Shown here piece after piece: positions 6,510-11,187 of a stretch of 11,187 nucleotides of DNA (position 1 is the first letter of the stretch; each line of letters starts with the position of its first letter). The notes beneath the pieces are model-generated. The model saw only the letters and a program-made list of their open reading frames with translations, had not been told where the DNA came from and ran no database searches. The position numbers and the translations under genes were made by a program. The stretch comes from a virus (Duplodnaviria; Heunggongvirae; Uroviricota; Caudoviricetes): the IMG/VR virus record IMGVR_UViG_3300028584_001242; one strand, 5' to 3'.

Positions 6510-6791
6510 TTACACGGTTTCAAGAATGACAAATGTTTCGGACAAGTCCAAATCATCAGGAACAACGGCTACTTCGCGTTCATGTCCACCCCAACCTTCA
6601 AACCCTGTGATGTAGCCTTCACGGTCATAGAAGAATACAGGCAGATAACCAAGAGCTTTACGAGTATCACGTAAAATAACACCAGACACTTTGTTAACGT
6701 CACGCTCATGATTGAAGTTGAGAGAACGCTCATCAAAATCATCCAAATGTTCATCATTATCTACAACAATAAATGTCTTTTTTGTGGTCAT
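6510..6791 (-). CDS. Hypothetical acidic protein (93 aa)
   Basis: GAGAG RBS, extended -10 TGcTATAAT at 6822-6827. Confidence 0.7.
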   Translation of the reverse strand: MTTKKTFIVVDNDEHLDDFDERSLNFNHERDVNKVSGVILRDTRKALGYLPVFFYDREGYITGFEGWGGHEREVAVVPDDLDLSETFVILETV

Positions 6792-6871
6792 CTTTTAATC
6801 ACTCTCTTTAAATGGATATCAATTATAGCATAACCTATCAAAAAAAGGTAGTTTTAATAAATTTCGAAAAC

Positions 6872-6897
6872 AAAAAAAGCCCTCGAAAGGGCTTTTT
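6872..6897 (-). terminator. Intrinsic terminator, peptide cassette 2
   Basis: GCCCT-TTCG-AGGGC plus T7 on the minus strand. A 31-nt stretch (6873-6903) is identical to 3386-3416. Confidence 0.9.
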
Positions 6898-6916
6898 GTT
6901 TGTATGCTAGACCTGA

Positions 6917-7051
6917 TTACAGATCTTTGCCTTTGTTTTGGTCGGATTCAGCTTGTTTCCAAGCCGCTTCTTTTGCTAGTTTTTCCTGAGCCTGCATTTG
7001 AGCGTAGGCTTGTTCGATTTCTTGCTCTTTGGTCAATACTGCTTTGGTCAT
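6917..7051 (-). CDS. Helical microprotein, paralog 2 of 3 (44 aa; start revised)
   Basis: MTKAVLTKEQEIEQAYAQMQAQEKLAKEAAWKQAESDQNKGKDL. GGAGA RBS 6 nt before the ATG at 7051. The track start at 7102 lies inside the promoter spacer. Confidence 0.85.
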   Translation of the reverse strand: MTKAVLTKEQEIEQAYAQMQAQEKLAKEAAWKQAESDQNKGKDL

Positions 7052-7085
7052 GGTGTTTCTCCGATATTGCTGTTTGTGTAGGGTT

Positions 7086-7114
7086 ATTATAGCTAAAAAC
7101 AAGTTTTGTGTAAA
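7086..7114 (-). promoter_or_regulatory. sigma70-like promoter, peptide cassette 2
   Basis: TTTACA (7114-7109), 17 nt, TATAAT (7091-7086). Confidence 0.8.
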
Positions 7115-7119
7115 GCTAT

Positions 7120-7860
7120 TTATTCATATTTGTCGCAAATTTTATAGCTGGTCATCAAGTCAACAAAGCCCTCAAAGGTCATGCCATCCGCTTTGAATTT
7201 TTCAACATCTTGCTCAAAATGTTCAAGAAAATATTCCAAAGAAATGTATTCATGACGATTAATGATGCCATTTTCAAAAGATTTCAAGTTCTCTTGACCA
7301 TTGACCACGAAGTCACGCTTGAAATGTTCGGCCATCTGCTGGACAGTCTGTTCAGTCAGCGTCATCACCAATTCATCATCAGCCAGTGTCATGGTGCCAT
7401 TGTCAAAAGACCATTTTCCACCCACAGCACCAGAAACAGGCTCAACAGGCTTGAAACAAGGTTTCGATTGGTTCTTCACACTCTCGTAAAGGCCAGATAC
7501 GGCTCCCAAGAAGCTATCCATGCTCTGTTCTTTGAACTCAACAAAACGTGGCCCATCACTACTGTGTTCCGACATATCAAAAGACAGGTCATACAACGCT
7601 GAATAGAAATGTTCTTCGGTTATTGGGTTAATGGCATAACGCAACGCACTATGAAGTTCGCTAGATTGACGGCGTTTAAGGTATTCTGTCGCAAACGCAG
7701 CATAAGGTTCCATGTCAATTTCTGGAACATGGATCTCCATGAAGTTGATAAGGTCAGCACCTTTCAGCACCACAACAGAACGATTGTTCAATGTAATGGA
7801 ATAGCAAAGTGATGCAATCTCGACTACATAAGGAACTTGAAGCTGCTTGCTGATGTGCAT
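7120..7860 (-). CDS. Hypothetical protein, paralog A of a tandem pair (246 aa)
   Basis: Shares colinear blocks with 7862..8596, e.g. DLINFMEIHVPEIDMEPY vs DLVAFMQKYTPEIDVEAY, LYDLSF vs LYDMSF, WSFDNG vs WSFDTG. Confidence 0.85.
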   Translation of the reverse strand: MHISKQLQVPYVVEIASLCYSITLNNRSVVVLKGADLINFMEIHVPEIDMEPYAAFATEYLKRRQSSELHSALRYAINPITEEHFYSALYDLSFDMSEHSSDGPRFVEFKEQSMDSFLGAVSGLYESVKNQSKPCFKPVEPVSGAVGGKWSFDNGTMTLADDELVMTLTEQTVQQMAEHFKRDFVVNGQENLKSFENGIINRHEYISLEYFLEHFEQDVEKFKADGMTFEGFVDLMTSYKICDKYE

Positions 7861-7861
7861 G

Positions 7862-8596
7862 TTAGACCTCGCGTTTTTTAAGCAGATTGTATTTGTGAAG
7901 AAATTTACTGAGTGTATTATAACTCAAATCGCTTTGTTTTAAAAGCTCTAAATCCATCGGCCACTGAATTTTAAAGCTATCAAAAGACATAGGCATGTAT
8001 TCCACTTTGGCGGATTTCTGAGCTTTTTCCAAGGTTGCTTCACCATTCAATTCCACATCTTGACGAATGTGAGCAGCAATCGCTTCAATGGCCTTTTCTT
8101 TCAACATAAACGAGTGATATTCAGTCTCGACTACGGCACCAGTATCAAACGACCAGAAGCGATCTTTAAAATCAATATGGCGGGTAATGTAATGAGCACC
8201 ATCTTTGTAAAGGGTATCAACAATGCTTTCAGCCATTTCAAAGAATTCTGGAAATGCGTTCGCTTCTACGAAATCTTTAAACCCATCAACCGAGTAAAAA
8301 TCATCATCAGAAAATGACATGTCGTAAAGAGAGACACAAAACACAGGTTCCATCACCTTATCAAGCATATAGCGAATTTTCACCTGCAGATGATAACGCT
8401 GATCATTGATCATTTTTTTCAGGGAAGCTGATTGATAAGCCTCCACATCAATTTCTGGTGTGTATTTCTGCATAAAGGCAACCAAATCACCTTCACGCAA
8501 GGAAATGACGGAAGAATGGCCTTCCATCGAAAACGTGTAAGACATTTTCAACAGATTGTCGGAATAATCACTTTTAACAACTGGGTCGATAATCAT
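7862..8596 (-). CDS. Hypothetical protein, paralog B of a tandem pair (244 aa)
   Basis: AGGAG RBS, promoter TTGCTT-17-TATAAT upstream, stop 1 nt before the start of paralog A. Confidence 0.85.
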   Translation of the reverse strand: MIIDPVVKSDYSDNLLKMSYTFSMEGHSSVISLREGDLVAFMQKYTPEIDVEAYQSASLKKMINDQRYHLQVKIRYMLDKVMEPVFCVSLYDMSFSDDDFYSVDGFKDFVEANAFPEFFEMAESIVDTLYKDGAHYITRHIDFKDRFWSFDTGAVVETEYHSFMLKEKAIEAIAAHIRQDVELNGEATLEKAQKSAKVEYMPMSFDSFKIQWPMDLELLKQSDLSYNTLSKFLHKYNLLKKREV

Positions 8597-8650
8597 AACA
8601 ATCTCCTGAATTAGAACACTATTATACCAAATTCATAGATTTTAAGCAAG

Positions 8651-8671
8651 AAAAAAGACCCGAAGGTCTTT
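8651..8671 (-). terminator. Intrinsic terminator
   Basis: Minus strand AGACC-TTCG-GGTCT followed by a T run. Confidence 0.8.
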
Positions 8672-8684
8672 ATTTTTATTCTTT

Positions 8685-9575
8685 TTATTCTGTTTTTTTG
8701 TTAATGTAAAGCTCAACATCAATTTTTTCATTAGGATCAACAGCTCCATGTTGTATCGTATCATCTATATTTATTTTTGTTTCTGTTTCTTGTGGCTCAG
8801 GTTTATATACCAAATCATTTATACGCTCTCTTTCTTGCATGATTTCAGACATTCCATTATCAACAATTTCTTGAATGCTTTCATCATCGGGTTCGAAATC
8901 AGATTGATTTTGAGATTCATTATATTGATTTTCTTCTTCATGCCTTAAATCTGCAAGTAAAAACATATTGTAAACGCATAATAAAGCTATAAGAATAGCA
9001 AAAGAGACATGAAAAATAAAATGGATATTTTTTCTAACAACATTAATGACGGTAAGTAATAATAAATAAATAAATAGAGATATTAATAATGGATGAGTAA
9101 AATAAGTTGTAAAATAAGCCACAAAACTAAATAATAATAGTGATATTAAAATAAAAATAATACTTTTTGTCAAGATCAAATATCGACCAGAGACAAGGTT
9201 GTGATTTTCAATTTTATTCAATTTATCTTTCATTGTTATATTTGATTTTGTAATATTTAAAACTAATAGAAGATATAAGAAATCTTTAGCTGTATAAGCC
9301 AGAATACAAAAACAGCCATAAATCAATAGAGATGTTTCCAGCACTAGCGAATTATTATTAGTAAGAAAAGCTAAAAGAATATTTATAAAAACCAATCCTC
9401 CTAAAATAGCGGATGAAACAATAAGCCAAGAAGTAAGTAATTCTTTTTTATTTTCAATAGATGATAGTTCTGATGTTATTTCTACATATTTTTCCAGTGT
9501 AGTAAGTTCATGCTCATATTTTATTTTATCGACGTTTTCTGTAACTTTTGTATTTTTATTATGAACTATTTTCAT
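8685..9575 (-). CDS. AT-rich multi-pass membrane protein (296 aa, about 5 TM segments, acidic C-terminal tail)
   Basis: Long hydrophobic runs, e.g. WLIVSSAILGGLVFINILLAFL, IIFILISLLLFSFVAYF, LLISLFIYLLLLTVINVV. Line 9061-9120 has 11/60 G+C against 30/60 in line 7381-7440. Confidence 0.8.
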   Translation of the reverse strand: MKIVHNKNTKVTENVDKIKYEHELTTLEKYVEITSELSSIENKKELLTSWLIVSSAILGGLVFINILLAFLTNNNSLVLETSLLIYGCFCILAYTAKDFLYLLLVLNITKSNITMKDKLNKIENHNLVSGRYLILTKSIIFILISLLLFSFVAYFTTYFTHPLLISLFIYLLLLTVINVVRKNIHFIFHVSFAILIALLCVYNMFLLADLRHEEENQYNESQNQSDFEPDDESIQEIVDNGMSEIMQERERINDLVYKPEPQETETKINIDDTIQHGAVDPNEKIDVELYINKKTE

Positions 9576-9630
9576 ATAAGATTGAATGTTAATTAATTAT
9601 AGTATATCAAAAAAATAAAATAAAGAAATG

Positions 9631-9656
9631 AAAAAAGCGACCAGAAGGCCGCTTTT
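9631..9656 (-). terminator. Intrinsic terminator, peptide cassette 3
   Basis: Minus strand GCGGCC-TTCT-GGTCGC followed by T5-6. Confidence 0.8.
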
Positions 9657-9670
9657 ATTTTGTGGTCAGT

Positions 9671-9811
9671 TTAAACCGACGATGGTTTCTGATGTTCCAG
9701 CTCTTTGTCTGCTTGCTTCCAAGCAGCTTCTTTGGATTGACGTTCCTGAGCCTTCAGTTGAGCGTAGGCTTGTTCGATTTCTTGTTCTTTGGTCAGTGCT
9801 ACTTGTGTCAT
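9671..9811 (-). CDS. Helical microprotein, paralog 3 of 3 (46 aa)
   Basis: Hand translation MTQVALTKEQEIEQAYAQLKAQERQSKEAAWKQADKELEHQKPSSV. Same GGAGAAACACC-ATG initiation region as copy 2. Absent from the ORF track. Confidence 0.85.
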   Translation of the reverse strand: MTQVALTKEQEIEQAYAQLKAQERQSKEAAWKQADKELEHQKPSSV

Positions 9812-9846
9812 GGTGTTTCTCCGTTGCTTTCTGTTTATGTAGGATG

Positions 9847-9875
9847 AGTATATCGAAAATTGGGTTTTGTGTAAA
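9847..9875 (-). promoter_or_regulatory. sigma70-like promoter, peptide cassette 3
   Basis: TTTACA (9875-9870), 17 nt, TATACT (9852-9847). Confidence 0.75.
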
Positions 9876-9888
9876 GCACTTTTTTAAA

Positions 9889-10599
9889 TTAATTCGATGT
9901 TTTGTAGAAATAATCGCCATTTGCCTTATCAAATGCCTTATCCAGTGTCTCTTGAACGTCATCAGGTAGGGTCACACCTGAATTCATTACTGCTACAAGA
10001 GCTTTATACATGTCTTTTGAAGCTGCCATTGCCAACGCATCTGCCAAAGCAGGCTTAACCCCCGGAAGATCGCCATTAGCGTCTGGAAAACCTTCCCAAA
10101 TTTTTAGGCATGAAGCTGTAGCAACTCGTTTGCGGTTTGTTTCTGAGTCCATATCTAGGAAGATAAAGCTTTTTTCACGTCCCAAAACATCAGTTTTCAA
10201 GCCCGAAGAAACAGCAGTCACCACTCGCCATTCAGTTGCAAAAAAATCTTTTTCAATGGTGCGTGGGACTTCAATATACTGAGAGAGTTCAGCAATTTCA
10301 TCTTTGGTCAGCGAGAATCTTTTGATCGCCCGATGAATTTCAGTGAAAGCAATCGACCAATCATCAGGTTCGTCTTGACGGAAAGTGGTAGTAGTGAGAG
10401 ATTTAACAAGACGAATCAGAACAGCCACATTTGGCACTGTCAGCTTATTGGAGAAATCATTCTGAATGGTGTTATAGATGTGGTCATGATAAGCCTTGCC
10501 CGGTTGATTCATCAAGGCATTGTAGTCTGCTTTTTCAGCTTCCAGCCAAGCCCAACGAACTTGCATAGGAATATTCAAGTAAACAGTTGAATTACGCAT
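9889..10599 (-). CDS. Hypothetical phage-type protein (236 aa from MRNST; start revised)
   Basis: The track's TTG start at 10644 sits inside a TTGTGC-17-TATAAT promoter, which favours the ATG at 10599 with GGTGA RBS. The C-terminal ADALAMAASKDMYKAL resembles the common phage motif ANA.LIAAAP.L..AL. Confidence 0.75.
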   Translation of the reverse strand: MRNSTVYLNIPMQVRWAWLEAEKADYNALMNQPGKAYHDHIYNTIQNDFSNKLTVPNVAVLIRLVKSLTTTTFRQDEPDDWSIAFTEIHRAIKRFSLTKDEIAELSQYIEVPRTIEKDFFATEWRVVTAVSSGLKTDVLGREKSFIFLDMDSETNRKRVATASCLKIWEGFPDANGDLPGVKPALADALAMAASKDMYKALVAVMNSGVTLPDDVQETLDKAFDKANGDYFYKTSN

Positions 10600-10880
10600 G
10601 ATTTTAGTCACCAATCTTAAATTATGATGGCCTATTATACACAAAAATTACTCCTTGCACAATGATTTTTTTTCTTCTTTCTTGACTGATTATCCTCTTT
10701 TCTTTTTTTTTGATAAATAATAACTTAAATTAAGTAAATGTTAATGTTAGAGTTGTATGAAAAAAAATGGACGTGTTTTTTTAGGCACTTTTTGGTGTGT
10801 ATTAATCCGTTATTGTTTATGTATCGTTATTACTAATAATCCGTTTTATACAACATCATAAAATATAGTTAAAAACAAAG

Positions 10881-10900
10881 AAAAAGCCCTCTCGGGCTTT
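10881..10900 (-). terminator. Intrinsic terminator downstream of the IS right end (possibly bidirectional)
   Basis: Minus strand AAAGCCC-GAGA-GGGCTTTTT. Confidence 0.8.
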
Positions 10901-10944
10901 GTTTCTTTTTAGTTCAATTATAGAGGTGTTCTACATATAGTATA

Positions 10945-11187
10945 TTGACATCCTCCCCATGTCTAAAGACAGGGGATTCCTACTGCTAGAAGGCCATGTC
11001 CGACCTCAAGTATATTCTTAGCGGAATTTTCATCCCGGTTGTGTGTGTCACCACACACACGACAAGTCCATACTCTTATTCGCAGCCCATCTAATCCTTT
11101 CGGCCCAGTTAAGGACTTACACGAATGACAGGTGCGGGTAGTGTTTCTTTCGTCTACATTTACATCAGTATGTATGCCTGCGTTATC
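10945..11187 (-). mobile_element. Right end of an IS200/IS605-family element (continues beyond the window)
   Basis: Minus strand GGAATCCCCTGTCTTTAGACATGGGGAGGATGTCAA: subterminal hairpin TCCCC-TGTCT/AGACA-T-GGGGA ending in the TCAA cleavage tetranucleotide, directly after a tnpB 3' end. Confidence 0.85.
10963..11187 (-). CDS. tnpB: TnpB RNA-guided nuclease, C-terminal 74 aa (partial)
   Basis: Hand translation ...VDERNTTRTCHSCKSLTGPKGLDGLRIRVWTCRVCGDTHNRDENSAKNILEVGHGLLAVGIPCL*: Zn ribbon CxxC...WTCxxCG plus the RuvC-III H-N-R-D-x-N-S-A motif. Missed by the track because the start is outside the window. Confidence 0.92.
   Translation of the reverse strand, partial: DNAGIHTDVNVDERNTTRTCHSCKSLTGPKGLDGLRIRVWTCRVCGDTHNRDENSAKNILEVGHGLLAVGIPCL

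Noticed and set aside
3386-9875. Dispersed repeats as a CRISPR array, integron attC sites or IS copies
   Set aside because: The spacing is about 3 kb, there are no RYYYAAC/GTTRRRY cores, terminal inverted repeats or target duplications, and the repeats are coding cassettes.
9666-9962. 98-aa minus-strand ORF in the track
   Set aside because: Wrong frame. It runs through the upstream gene, the promoter and the peptide; the conserved, RBS-supported frame is 9671..9811.
3409-9969. Hydrophobic plus-strand ORFs overlapping the three peptide cassettes (3409..3609, 6904..7092, 9628..9969, 9662..9847) as possible type I toxins
   Set aside because: They are antisense shadows of K/E/Q/A-rich codons, fall in non-equivalent frames among copies, and lack RBS or promoter. 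All expression signals point to the minus strand.
227-10590. Other overlapping ORFs in the track (e.g. 227..562, 578..937, 951..1277, 1121..1468, 1638..1979, 7210..7602, 8060..8317, 10010..10282)
   Set aside because: They lie antisense or out of frame within better supported genes and have no motifs or initiation signals.
10738-10861. Short plus-strand ORFs of 30-34 aa (e.g. 10757..10861 MKKNGRVFLGTFWCVLIRYCLCIVITNNPFYTTS)
   Set aside because: No RBS, very AT-rich, and two competing frames. It could be a frameshifted remnant but is not supportable.

Overview
An AT-rich, promoter-dense accessory region that looks like the early or variable region of a large phage or a megaplasmid. No hallmark virion, replication or conjugation gene is in the window, so the two cannot be told apart here. 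Almost all genes are short, lie on the minus strand and form 1-3 gene units bounded by sigma70-like promoters and intrinsic terminators. Recognisable products are a stand-alone ABC-type ATPase, a Zn-ribbon protein, a Lar-family restriction-alleviation protein, an inverted AT-rich GNAT acetyltransferase, a protein with two YopX-like modules, a tandem paralog pair, an AT-rich multi-pass membrane protein, and the 3' end of an IS200/IS605-family tnpB with its right end. The ORF track misses or mis-starts several features: (i) three dispersed paralogous cassettes, each with promoter, RBS, a 44-46 aa helical peptide and terminator; (ii) a CCA-ending tRNA-like gene with an 83-nt insertion in its D-loop and an unusual AAU anticodon, preceded by a roughly 157-nt multi-stem RNA and apparently co-transcribed with the Lar-like gene; (iii) a 57-aa membrane-anchored microprotein. 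All calls were made by eye and no database search or folding program was run.
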